The notes under the pieces were generated by a model. That model was not told the origin of the DNA, made no database searches, and saw nothing but the letters and a program-made list of their open reading frames with translations. Positions 1 to 8,165 of a stretch of DNA of 64,000 nt are shown here, one piece after another. The translations under genes were made by a program, and so were the position numbers. Every line of letters begins with the position of its first letter. Positions within the stretch are counted from its first letter, which is position 1. Source of the stretch: an uncultured archaeon. GTDB taxonomy: Archaea; Nanobdellota; Nanobdellia; Pacearchaeales; GW2011-AR1. The stretch is taken from NCBI GenBank assembly GCA_902385625.1, contig CABMGE010000014.1, positions 84 to 64,083 of the forward strand, in the 5' to 3' direction.

Positions 1-2212
1 CAGGCCATTCAGATAAACTAATAAAATCCTTATGTCCAAGTTTACTCCAAAGTTCCTCAGAAATATGAGGGCAGAAAGGAGAAATTAATTTCAAGTAACT
101 TTCAAGTTCAGTTTTTCCAACTTTTTCTTCAGAAATAAAAACATCAAAAAGTCCTCGTATTTTAATTACAGCCATATTGTATCTGAACTTTTCAATATCT
201 TCACTAATTTCTTTAATTGCCTTATTTACTTTGCTTTCAACCTTTGGACTTGATTTCCCAATTTTAGCACTTAAATAATAATCAACAAATTTACGAACAA
301 ATTTATGCATGCTTTCAATTCCAGTATCAGACCACATAGAGTCGCTATCAGGAGAAGCAATAGAAACTAAAAATATCCTAAGAGTGTCACAGGAATATTT
401 TTGGATCATATCAAGTGGATCAACTACATTTCCACGCGACTTGCTCATGACAACTCCATCAGCCCCATGAACCATACCCTGATTAAATAAATTAAGAGTA
501 GGTTCAGAAATTTTTGTAAGACCTAAATCCCTTAAAAATTTTGTATAAAATCTTGAATAAATAAGATGCATGCAAGCATGTTCTGCTCCTCCAATATACT
601 GATCCATTGGCATCCAGTAATCGGTCTTTTTAGGATCAAAAATATTTTTGGAATTGTTAGAGTCGCAATATCTAAAAAAATACCAGGAAGAATTAACAAA
701 TGTATCCATAGTATCAGTTTCGCGTCTTGCCTTTGCATTACATTTAGGGCATTTAACCTCTGTAAATTTTTTATTATCAATTAAAGGATTTTTTGAACTT
801 TCAAATTTTATGTTTTCTGGAAGAAGAACTGGTAAATCTTTTTCATGGACAGTTTGAACTCCGCACTTATCACAATAAATCACAGGAATAGGGGTTCCCC
901 AAAATCTCTGTCTTGAAATAAGCCAGTCTCGAAGTTTAAAATTAACAGTTTTTTTACCTAGTTTTTTCTTTTCTAAGTGTTCTGTAATTGCATCTATTGC
1001 TTCCTTATTGCTCCAGTTATTAAATTCTCCTGAATTAACAAGTCTTCCTTCACCAGTATATGCTCTTGACATCTTTTCCGGACTTAGTTCATAACTATCC
1101 GGAGAAATTACCACTTTTATTGGAATCTTATATTTTTTTGCAAACTGAAAGTCACGTTCATCATGCGCAGGTACTGCCATAACCATTCCAGCACCATAAT
1201 CAGCAACAACAAAATTTCCAGTATAAACAGGTATTTTATCTCCAGTCAATGGATTAATTGCATAGCTTCCTGTAAATGCCCCTTCTTTTTCAAGGTCATC
1301 TTCAGATTCATCAGAATCTGAACCTTTTTTCACCATATCTTTTTCAGAAGTAGATTTTATTTTCTTTAAAAAAGATTCAACTTCTTTCTTTTGTTCTTTA
1401 GTCACAAGCTCCATAAGTTTTGGATGCTGAGCAGATACAACCATAAATGTAACCCCATATATTGTATCGGGCCTTGTGGTAAATATTTTCCAGGATTCAT
1501 TGTTTATTTTAAACTCAATCTCAGTTCCAAAGCTTTTTCCAATCCAATTTTTCTGCATTGCCTTTATTCTCTCAGGCCAGTTGACTAGTTTATCAACATC
1601 ATCATAAAGTTCATCTGCATAATCAGTTATCTTAAAAAACCACTGTTCCAAATGTTTTATTTCAACAGGTTCTTTATGCCTCCAACACAGTCCATTTTGC
1701 ACTTGTTCATTTGCAAGAACAGTGTTACAAAGAGGGCACCAATTAACACTCGCACGCTTCTTGTAAGCAAGTCCTTTTTTATACATTTGAAGAAATATCC
1801 ATTGATCCCATTTATAATATTCAGGAGAATGGCTCATAATCATCCTATCCCAATCATAAGTAAGTCCAAGTGATTTCTGTTGTCGAATAAACATTGAAAT
1901 TGCCTCTTCAGTAAACTTCTTTGGATGAGATTTTGCTTTAATTGCTGCATTTTCAGCAGGAAGGCCGAATGAATCAAAGCCCATTGGATGAAGTACATTA
2001 TAACCTTGCATAAGTTTAAACCTCGCACAAATATCTCCAATAGTGTAATTAAAAGCATGACCTATATGAAGGCCAGACCCTGAAGGATATGGATACATTT
2101 CAACAACATAATACTTCTTTTTCTTTTTATCCTCTTTAACATAGAAACATTTAGATTTTTCCCATTTTTTCTGCCATTTCTCTTCTATTTGTTGAAAATT
2201 AATTTCAGCCAT
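1..2212 (-). CDS. leuS: Leucyl-tRNA synthetase, bacterial-type; N-terminal ~737 codons, C-terminus beyond window start
   Basis: Absent from the ORF track because it runs off the edge. Manual translation from ATG 2212-2210 gives MAEINFQQIEEKWQKKW...YPYPSGSGLHIGHAFNYTIGD (HIGH)...PMGFDSFGLPAENAA. VMSKSRGN (KMSKS) lies near 430-455. Only the two ends were translated by hand. No competing ORF in this frame is listed. Confidence 0.9.
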   Translation of the reverse strand, partial: MAEINFQQIEEKWQKKWEKSKCFYVKEDKKKKKYYVVEMYPYPSGSGLHIGHAFNYTIGDICARFKLMQGYNVLHPMGFDSFGLPAENAAIKAKSHPKKFTEEAISMFIRQQKSLGLTYDWDRMIMSHSPEYYKWDQWIFLQMYKKGLAYKKRASVNWCPLCNTVLANEQVQNGLCWRHKEPVEIKHLEQWFFKITDYADELYDDVDKLVNWPERIKAMQKNWIGKSFGTEIEFKINNESWKIFTTRPDTIYGVTFMVVSAQHPKLMELVTKEQKKEVESFLKKIKSTSEKDMVKKGSDSDESEDDLEKEGAFTGSYAINPLTGDKIPVYTGNFVVADYGAGMVMAVPAHDERDFQFAKKYKIPIKVVISPDSYELSPEKMSRAYTGEGRLVNSGEFNNWSNKEAIDAITEHLEKKKLGKKTVNFKLRDWLISRQRFWGTPIPVIYCDKCGVQTVHEKDLPVLLPENIKFESSKNPLIDNKKFTEVKCPKCNAKARRETDTMDTFVNSSWYFFRYCDSNNSKNIFDPKKTDYWMPMDQYIGGAEHACMHLIYSRFYTKFLRDLGLTKISEPTLNLFNQGMVHGADGVVMSKSRGNVVDPLDMIQKYSCDTLRIFLVSIASPDSDSMWSDTGIESMHKFVRKFVDYYLSAKIGKSSPKVESKVNKAIKEISEDIEKFRYNMAVIKIRGLFDVFISEEKVGKTELESYLKLISPFCPHISEELWSKLGHKDFISLSEWP

Positions 2213-2337
2213 ATAAATTATAGAAAACCATTATTTTTAAAGATTGAGTTTAACAATCAACAGATGTGATAAACAATAAAATTCCTACTAGATGTATAAA
2301 TAAAATTAAGTAAAAAGACTTTCAAACACCCCAAAAC

Positions 2338-2344
2338 TTATATA
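2338..2344 (+). promoter_or_regulatory. TATA-like box (TTATATA) 28 nt upstream of endA ATG
   Basis: Position and spacing match the recurring ~-30 A/T box seen before other genes here; implies a leaderless mRNA. Confidence 0.4.
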
Positions 2345-2365
2345 GGATTTTATATATTAATTATA

Positions 2366-2887
2366 ATGAATCAATCAAAATTTCCAATATATCTAACAGG
2401 GGATAGAATCTTCTCAAATTCCGGAAAAGCAATAGAACTACAAAATTCAAAAAATCTTGGAGAAAAAATACAAGGTAAGGTAATTTACTCTATATTTGAA
2501 GCTCTTTATTTAGTTGAAACAGGAAAATCAGAAATTTTTAACATAAAGACAAATAAGCGATTAAAAGAAGAACAAATACTAAATGCATTTTCAAAACATA
2601 GTAAAGAATTTCAAGTACAGTATGCAGTATTTAAAAAACTTAGACAAAAAGGATATGTTGTAAAAACAGGTTCGAAATTTGGTTCAGAATTCAGGGTTTA
2701 TGATAACTCAATGAATAAACATGCAAAATGGCTAATTTATCCAGTCAAGCAATCTGAAAAATCCAATTGGAATGATTTTATCAGCAAAAACAGAATTGCT
2801 CATGGAGCCGGTAAAAAAATTCTTCTTGCAATTGTTGATTCTGAAGAAAATGTAATTTTCTATGAAATAGACTGGATAAAAATATAG
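2366..2887 (+). CDS. endA: tRNA-splicing (intron) endonuclease, short homotetramer-type
   Basis: 173 aa with LRQKGYVVKTGSKFGSEFRVYD...HAKWLIYPV, matching the archaeal EndA catalytic-domain pattern. Confidence 0.8.
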   Translation: MNQSKFPIYLTGDRIFSNSGKAIELQNSKNLGEKIQGKVIYSIFEALYLVETGKSEIFNIKTNKRLKEEQILNAFSKHSKEFQVQYAVFKKLRQKGYVVKTGSKFGSEFRVYDNSMNKHAKWLIYPVKQSEKSNWNDFISKNRIAHGAGKKILLAIVDSEENVIFYEIDWIKI

Positions 2888-2959
2888 TAATTAATTACTC
2901 CTGCTAAATTACCAAAATCAAACCCTTAATTTTATTAACCAATAAATTCTAAAGGTATT

Positions 2960-3982
2960 ATGATAAATACAGAGGTGATTAAATCCAAAATACTGGTCTT
3001 TGTAGAAAGAAACGGTCCCAGTCTTCCAATACAAATAGCAAAAGAACTTGGAATGAATTCTATTTTTACCTCAGCATTCTTATCAGAATTACTAGATAGT
3101 AAAAAAATAAAAACAAGTTCAATAAGAGTTGGAGGAACCTCTCTTTACTTAATTCCAGGCCAGGAAGCACAATTGGAAAGATTCCACAAATATCTTCATC
3201 CAAAAGAAGCAGAAGCATATGAAATGCTCAAAGAAAATAAAATTCTAAAAGACTCTGAACTTGATCCTGCAATAAGAGTGGCTTTGAGGGCAATAAAAGA
3301 TTTTGCATTTAGTTTTAAAAATGATGAGGAAATATATTGGAGATATCTAACAGTACAAGAACCTGAGATAGTGGAAATATTCAATTCAAAAAATAAGAAA
3401 AAAGTGGAAAAGGAAACTGAAATAATCTCGCAAGAGATTTCCCCTATTCAAAAAGTCATACCAGAACCTATACCTGAAGAAGTCAAAAGTTCAGGGGAAG
3501 AATCAGAACCTGAAAAAGAAAAACCAAGACCTCAAAAGAAAAAAATACTAAAAAAAGTAATAGAAGAAGTTGAAATAAAACCTGAAATTATCCCTGAATT
3601 AAAGCCATCTTTGGAATTCCAAAACCCTCTTGCAATAAAGCCTGTTGAAAAACCAAAAAAAGAAAAACCGCGTTCAGATTTTGTGGCAAAAACAATAGTA
3701 TTCCTAAACAAGAATAATTTCAGAATAGTTGAAGAAAGAGAATATAAAGCAAAAGAATATAGCTGCATAGTTGAAATAAATTCAGACCTTGGAAAAATAC
3801 TCTTTTTGACCCAGGCAAAGGACAAAAAAACAGTTTCAGACCTGGAATTGCAAGAACTTCTTTCAAAAGCCCAATCAATACCCCTTCCAGCTCTTTTTCT
3901 TTATACTGGAAGTTTATCCAAAAAAGCTCTTGAATATGAAAAAAAGTACTATTCTATATTAAAAACCAAAAAAATAGAATAA
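2960..3982 (+). CDS. Hypothetical protein: N-terminal winged-helix-like region, Lys/Glu/Pro-rich linker, conserved C-terminal domain
   Basis: 340-aa ORF. N-terminus VFVERNGPSLPIQIAKELGMNSIFTSAFLSELLDSKKI looks wHTH-like. The middle is low complexity (EPEKEKPRPQKKK). No family recognised with certainty. Confidence 0.5.
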   Translation: MINTEVIKSKILVFVERNGPSLPIQIAKELGMNSIFTSAFLSELLDSKKIKTSSIRVGGTSLYLIPGQEAQLERFHKYLHPKEAEAYEMLKENKILKDSELDPAIRVALRAIKDFAFSFKNDEEIYWRYLTVQEPEIVEIFNSKNKKKVEKETEIISQEISPIQKVIPEPIPEEVKSSGEESEPEKEKPRPQKKKILKKVIEEVEIKPEIIPELKPSLEFQNPLAIKPVEKPKKEKPRSDFVAKTIVFLNKNNFRIVEEREYKAKEYSCIVEINSDLGKILFLTQAKDKKTVSDLELQELLSKAQSIPLPALFLYTGSLSKKALEYEKKYYSILKTKKIE

Positions 3983-4095
3983 AATAGCAAAAAGCAGGAT
4001 TATTCCAAAACACAGTAATATTTAAAAGATAAGAACTACTTAATATATAAAGAACTTTTAGTAATTACAGGGAAAGATACAAAGTTTTAAATATA

Positions 4096-4115
4096 TTCAA
4101 AATATGAATTTTGAA
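4096..4115. promoter_or_regulatory. Palindromic motif TTCAAAAT-ATGA-ATTTTGAA upstream of the S17e-Alba operon
   Basis: Perfect 8-nt inverted arms. 19/20 identical to 5108-5127 (upstream of tRNA-Met). Related arms, in swapped order, at 37197-37215 (upstream of S8e). Confidence 0.5.
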
Positions 4116-4137
4116 TGAGATTTAAGTTTAAGATAAA

Positions 4138-4145
4138 TTTAAATA
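4138..4145 (+). promoter_or_regulatory. TATA box TTTAAATA, 30 nt upstream of S17e ATG
   Basis: Same octamer and same spacing as upstream of S8e (37223-37230). Confidence 0.5.
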
Positions 4146-4167
4146 CTCAAAATTTTAGAGCCATATT

Positions 4168-4368
4168 ATGGGAAGAATAAAATCAAAGCTTGTCAAGAGA
4201 ACAGCATTTACACTATTAAAAGAAGAAAACGCATTTACTGATAAGTTTGACAACAATAAAGAACTGCTTAAGGGCCTAACAGACAGTAAAAAAGTAAGAA
4301 ATCAAATCGCAGGATATATAGCAAGAAAGAAAAAAAGTGAAGACAAAGTCAATAAAACAAAAATTTAG
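4168..4368 (+). CDS. rps17e: 30S ribosomal protein S17e (eS17)
   Basis: 66 aa, MGRIKSKLVKRTAFTLL...VRNQIAGYIARKKK, typical eS17 N-terminus and size. Confidence 0.85.
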   Translation: MGRIKSKLVKRTAFTLLKEENAFTDKFDNNKELLKGLTDSKKVRNQIAGYIARKKKSEDKVNKTKI

Positions 4369-4382
4369 TTATCATTCTAAAA

Positions 4383-4706
4383 ATGACAGAAGACGAAAAG
4401 AAAGCCGATGAGCAGAAAGAAAACGAAAAAGACAATATAATTTTTGTAGGAATTAAGCCTTTTATGAATTATGTTACAGGAGTTGTTATGCAATTCAAAA
4501 ATAAAGGGCAAAAAGAAGTCGTTGTTTCTGCAAGAGGAAAATTCACTTCAAAAGCAATAGATATTGCAGAAGTTGCAAGAAGAACATTCCTAAAAGAAGA
4601 AAATATAAAAGTAAGGGATATTAAAATATCAAGCGAACAATTTGAAAACAAAGAAGGAAAAAGAATATTTGTTTCAAGTATTGAAATTTATCTGGTTAAA
4701 GAGTAA
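4383..4706 (+). CDS. albA: DNA/RNA-binding protein Alba
   Basis: 107 aa with NIIFVGIKPFMNYVTGVVMQF...VVVSARGKFTSKAIDIAEVARRTF...VSSIEIYL, the Alba fold signature. Starts 14 nt after S17e. Confidence 0.85.
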   Translation: MTEDEKKADEQKENEKDNIIFVGIKPFMNYVTGVVMQFKNKGQKEVVVSARGKFTSKAIDIAEVARRTFLKEENIKVRDIKISSEQFENKEGKRIFVSSIEIYLVKE

Positions 4707-4743
4707 ATCCCTATAAAATTATTTTTAGCTTAATTTACCAAAA

Positions 4744-5046
4744 TCATTTATTTTTACCTTTTTTCTTGACAAGAATATCAAGTTTCTTATCCATTTCACT
4801 TACAATATTGTAGATCTTTTTTATTCTTCTTTTTTCAATTATACTAAGTATACTTTTAACTATCAAAAAAACAAGATAAACAAGAAATAAAATACCTATG
4901 GCCTTAAAGATTAATATCAAAGACCCTATTTTATCAACAAGTTCAGGAGGAAGATTGCGAAAATTATCAGAAAAATTAGAAATAAGAACTCCTTTTAGCT
5001 CAGATATATTAACTCCACTTAAAACCTCTTTTTCAATACCTACCAT
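4744..5046 (-). CDS. Small hypothetical membrane protein
   Basis: 100-aa ORF with one clear hydrophobic helix (IGSLILIFKAIGILFLVYLVFLIV) and a basic C-terminus. Confidence 0.45.
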   Translation of the reverse strand: MVGIEKEVLSGVNISELKGVLISNFSDNFRNLPPELVDKIGSLILIFKAIGILFLVYLVFLIVKSILSIIEKRRIKKIYNIVSEMDKKLDILVKKKGKNK

Positions 5047-5107
5047 TTTATTACATAAAAATAAAGTGATCCTTACTTTTTAAGGGTTTTGAAAGGTTTT
5101 TTAAAAC

Positions 5108-5127
5108 TTCAAAATGTGAATTTTGAA
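5108..5127. promoter_or_regulatory. Palindromic motif TTCAAAAT-GTGA-ATTTTGAA upstream of tRNA-Met
   Basis: 19/20 identical to 4096-4115. Lies 26 nt upstream of the TATA-like box at 5153-5160. Confidence 0.5.
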
Positions 5128-5152
5128 TGGATTAAAAAATTAATAGGAGATT

Positions 5153-5160
5153 TTTTAAAT
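5153..5160 (+). promoter_or_regulatory. TATA-like box TTTTAAAT ~29 nt upstream of the tRNA-Met 5' end
   Basis: Spacing matches the other promoters in the window. Confidence 0.45.
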
Positions 5161-5182
5161 GATATTCTTTTGATATTTTCAT

Positions 5183-5254
5183 GGCTCCATAGCTTAGTGG
5201 TAGAGCGCGGCTCTCATAAGGCCGAGGTCCCGAGTTCGAGTCTCGGTGGAGCCA
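5183..5254 (+). tRNA. tRNA with CAT anticodon: elongator Met, or Ile2 if C34 is modified
   Basis: Hand-folded cloverleaf: acceptor GGCTCCA/TGGAGCC, D arm GCTT/GAGC, anticodon stem CGGCT/GGCCG, loop CTCATAA, T arm CCGAG-TTCGAGT-CTCGG, discriminator A. G1:C72 argues against an archaeal initiator. Confidence 0.9.
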
Positions 5255-5320
5255 TAAGTTTCTTTAAGTCTATTAAAAATAAAACTTAATCTGTCAAAGA
5301 CTCGGACGAGGGAGAAAGGA

Positions 5321-5344
5321 GAGTTTGAGTCTCGGTGGAGCCAT
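5321..5344 (+). repeat. Direct repeat of the last 24 nt of the tRNA-Met region (23/24 identical to 5232-5255)
   Basis: GAGTTTGAGTCTCGGTGGAGCCAT versus GAGTTCGAGTCTCGGTGGAGCCAT, separated by 65 nt. The copy has no matching 5' T-stem strand, so it is not a tRNA by itself. Confidence 0.85.
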
Positions 5345-5436
5345 GATTTTATTTAATTTAAACAAAGTAATCAAATAAAAATCAATCTCTTTTCACCACA
5401 ACAAACTTTAAAAATAAGCATTCTAATATATTCCTT

Positions 5437-6006
5437 ATGCAAGTGCTAGAAAAAAATAGGGGTGAAATTGAGGCAAAGGCTTCAAGAATGTCAGATTTCT
5501 TAAAGATGGAATATCTTGAAGAAGTCTCAAAAAAATTCTCAGATGTTGAAATACTAAGATATTGCTATTCAGAATTATCAAAATTATATGAAAAAAATAT
5601 AATGTATCCTGAATCAATAAAGTACATTGAAAAGTTCCAGGAAGTATGCATAAGTCAAAGAGAGAAAATGCAAGCTTATACAAGGGAGATAGAGCTTTTA
5701 ATTAAAGGAGGCTATTATGATCGAGTTAACTTTGCCTACAATAAAATTTTGGAAGTTGCAACTCCCAAAGAAATATATGAGATAGAGAATAAAATAATAT
5801 TAATGTATAAATCTGAAGGAGAAAAATTTGAAAAAACAAATAAAAATGCACTTGCCTTAAAGGTTTATGAAAGGCTAGCAAAAGCACCTGCAGTAAAAGA
5901 CCCTGAAAAACAAGAGATAAAAAAGAAGCTTTTAGTTCTTTACAAAAAATTAGGAAAAGTAAGAGAGTCTCTTGAACTTGAAAGAGAGCTTGGAAGATCT
6001 AGATAG
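5437..6006 (+). CDS. Hypothetical protein, helical and possibly TPR-like
   Basis: 189-aa ORF, Lys/Glu-rich with helical-repeat character. No family recognised. Confidence 0.4.
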   Translation: MQVLEKNRGEIEAKASRMSDFLKMEYLEEVSKKFSDVEILRYCYSELSKLYEKNIMYPESIKYIEKFQEVCISQREKMQAYTREIELLIKGGYYDRVNFAYNKILEVATPKEIYEIENKIILMYKSEGEKFEKTNKNALALKVYERLAKAPAVKDPEKQEIKKKLLVLYKKLGKVRESLELERELGRSR

Positions 6007-6095
6007 AATAGTAATACCAAATTCCCTAATTAGAAATGTTTTTAAATGAATTATTTTTAATGAAATAAGTTTGTAAAAGAGTTCTGATAAATAAA

Positions 6096-6824
6096 ATGAA
6101 AGAAAAAAATTATCTTAAAAGAATAGGAACAATTGCAGGAGCAGCACTAGTTGGAATCGGGCTTCTTTATGGAGCTTGTTCTTATTATAATAAAGAAAAT
6201 GCACATATACAGGAAGAAATAGCAAAAGTAAGAACTGGAGAAAAAAAGCCTTTTGACAAAAGAATAAAAGAAGCAAGTCAAATAGAAATTCAAGAAGCAA
6301 TTATGACTATTGGAAAAGAATATGATATATATGTAAATAATGAAAGAGTTGGAGAAGTGGATGGAAAATCATTTAAAATATGGGGAGATGAATTTCAGTT
6401 AAAAACCCTTGATGAAAAATTACTTGCTTCTGAAAAAGAATCTAAAAGAATATTTGCCTGGAATAGGCAAGCAACATTTTATGGTCCCAATGGGAATGTG
6501 ACAGGACATCTTGGAGAAGAAAGATGGAATGATATGTTTACATGGGGTTATGTCTTTCATTTTCATAATGCAGCAGGAACAGAAGTCGGAAAATCTCAAA
6601 AAATAGGAAGAACTGCAGTATTTAACATTAATGATATTTATGATTCAAAAGGAAATATAGAATATAAGATTGAGAAAAAATTTAATATTCTCAGAGATAC
6701 CTATTTAATTACAGTAAAACAAGGAGACAAAGTAATACCCATAGAACAAGCAATTTTACTCACTTGCATAGAAGATGCAATCAAAGACTCACAAACTTCA
6801 AAAGAGAGTAAAAAGAAAAAATAA
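6096..6824 (+). CDS. Hypothetical N-terminally anchored protein
   Basis: 242-aa ORF. N-terminal hydrophobic segment IGTIAGAALVGIGLLYGAC (weakly lipobox-like), then a globular domain. Confidence 0.45.
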   Translation: MKEKNYLKRIGTIAGAALVGIGLLYGACSYYNKENAHIQEEIAKVRTGEKKPFDKRIKEASQIEIQEAIMTIGKEYDIYVNNERVGEVDGKSFKIWGDEFQLKTLDEKLLASEKESKRIFAWNRQATFYGPNGNVTGHLGEERWNDMFTWGYVFHFHNAAGTEVGKSQKIGRTAVFNINDIYDSKGNIEYKIEKKFNILRDTYLITVKQGDKVIPIEQAILLTCIEDAIKDSQTSKESKKKK

Positions 6825-6836
6825 AAGTTATTTGGC

Positions 6837-7376
6837 TTATTCTTTAAAACTTTCAACCCGATAAAACATAATTTCACAACCCTGCTTCCAGGCATCACAA
6901 GAAAGCCCTGCTTTTCTAGAAAGATTTTCTAAAAATTCAATTTTATTTGGAAGTTCTTCCCAGACCTGGGGAAGAAAAGTTGCAGAGTAAAGTCCTGATT
7001 TAAGAACTATCCCCATTTTATTATCAATCTTATTAATTAAATCATCAGGATCAGTATATTTCAGTTTTAAAGGAATAGAAAGTATAGAAATTTCAATTTT
7101 AATCTTATCGAGTTCATTTTTAGACAAAGAATCAAATCGAGCATCATCAAAAGCAGCATGAATAGAATTATCAATAATATCTTTCCATAATTCCTGACAG
7201 GCTTGCAAACTCCCAATACATCCCCTTAACTTCCCTTTCTCAGTAAGAGTTACAAAACAAGCTTGTTTTTTAGAATATTTTTTCTTAATCTCATCATTAA
7301 CCTTAATTTTTTCTCCATATAAATGAGATTTAATCATATCTCTTGCAAGTTTTAAAAGTTCTTTAGATTTTTCCAT
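6837..7376 (-). CDS. amrA: AMMECR1-domain protein (AmmeMemoRadiSam system protein A)
   Basis: 179 aa with ACFVTLTEKGKLRGCIGSL...DDARFDSL...ISILS...ATFLPQVW, the AMMECR1 signature. Confidence 0.85.
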   Translation of the reverse strand: MEKSKELLKLARDMIKSHLYGEKIKVNDEIKKKYSKKQACFVTLTEKGKLRGCIGSLQACQELWKDIIDNSIHAAFDDARFDSLSKNELDKIKIEISILSIPLKLKYTDPDDLINKIDNKMGIVLKSGLYSATFLPQVWEELPNKIEFLENLSRKAGLSCDAWKQGCEIMFYRVESFKE

Positions 7377-7863
7377 GTTTAATAAATTCTTTAGTTATCT
7401 TAATCTCCTCATTACCCAACTTCTTCCCAATTATAGTATAAAATTTAACTTTTTTTAAATTAGTTGAAATATAGTTAATGGTTTCATTTTTTGTTCTGCC
7501 TAACTCACCACCAACAATTAAAGCTTTTTTAATTCCAAATTTTCCAACATTTTCCAGTAAATTTGCATCATAAATTAATTTTTCTTCAATAGTTTTTGGA
7601 TTCTTAGTATGCCTATTAATGAGTAAAATATCATTTTTAGAGAAACCTAATTTAAAAAAAATTTTATTATTTGAATTAACCCAATCTTTTAAACCATGAA
7701 AATAAATCAATAATCTTAATTTTTCTTCATTAATTTTCTTATAAGGTTTCTTTAACAAAATAATCTTCTTTTTTATTCTGAGTATATGTTTAAAATTATG
7801 CATAGAATCTTTATTATCATTATACAAAGGCATTACAAAATTCGCAATATCTCTCTCTTTCAT
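7363..7863 (-). CDS. Hypothetical protein, degenerate HD-domain-like
   Basis: 166 aa with DSMHNFKHILRI...IYFHGLKD...DANLLENVGKFGI. This resembles the HD phosphohydrolase layout, but HD is replaced by HG. Its 3' end overlaps the amrA start by 14 nt. Confidence 0.4.
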   Translation of the reverse strand: MKERDIANFVMPLYNDNKDSMHNFKHILRIKKKIILLKKPYKKINEEKLRLLIYFHGLKDWVNSNNKIFFKLGFSKNDILLINRHTKNPKTIEEKLIYDANLLENVGKFGIKKALIVGGELGRTKNETINYISTNLKKVKFYTIIGKKLGNEEIKITKEFIKHGKI

Positions 7864-7893
7864 AACAATAATTATCTAAACAAATATATAACT

Positions 7894-8109
7894 TTATCTC
7901 TTATCTCTTATCTTTCCCCAGCCAATATGTTTCCATAATCTTTCATGAACAAAAAACAAAGGAATCTTAATTAAAGTGAAAATAGCACTGAATTGAACAG
8001 AAGTACTAAGATTTCCATAAACAATATAAACTGCAACAGTTACAAGTAAAAAACTAATAAACTCCCAAACCATTCCCTTCACAAAGCTTCTTTCATAAGT
8101 AGATCCCAT
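7894..8109 (-). CDS. Small membrane protein, DUF2061-like
   Basis: 71 aa with RSFVKGMVWEFISFLL...FFVHERLWKHIGWG, resembling the DUF2061 two-helix pattern. Confidence 0.5.
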   Translation of the reverse strand: MGSTYERSFVKGMVWEFISFLLVTVAVYIVYGNLSTSVQFSAIFTLIKIPLFFVHERLWKHIGWGKIRDKR

Positions 8110-8165
8110 ATAAATTACCTCTCTTATTAATTAACTAATAAAATCAATATATAAATATTATCTCC

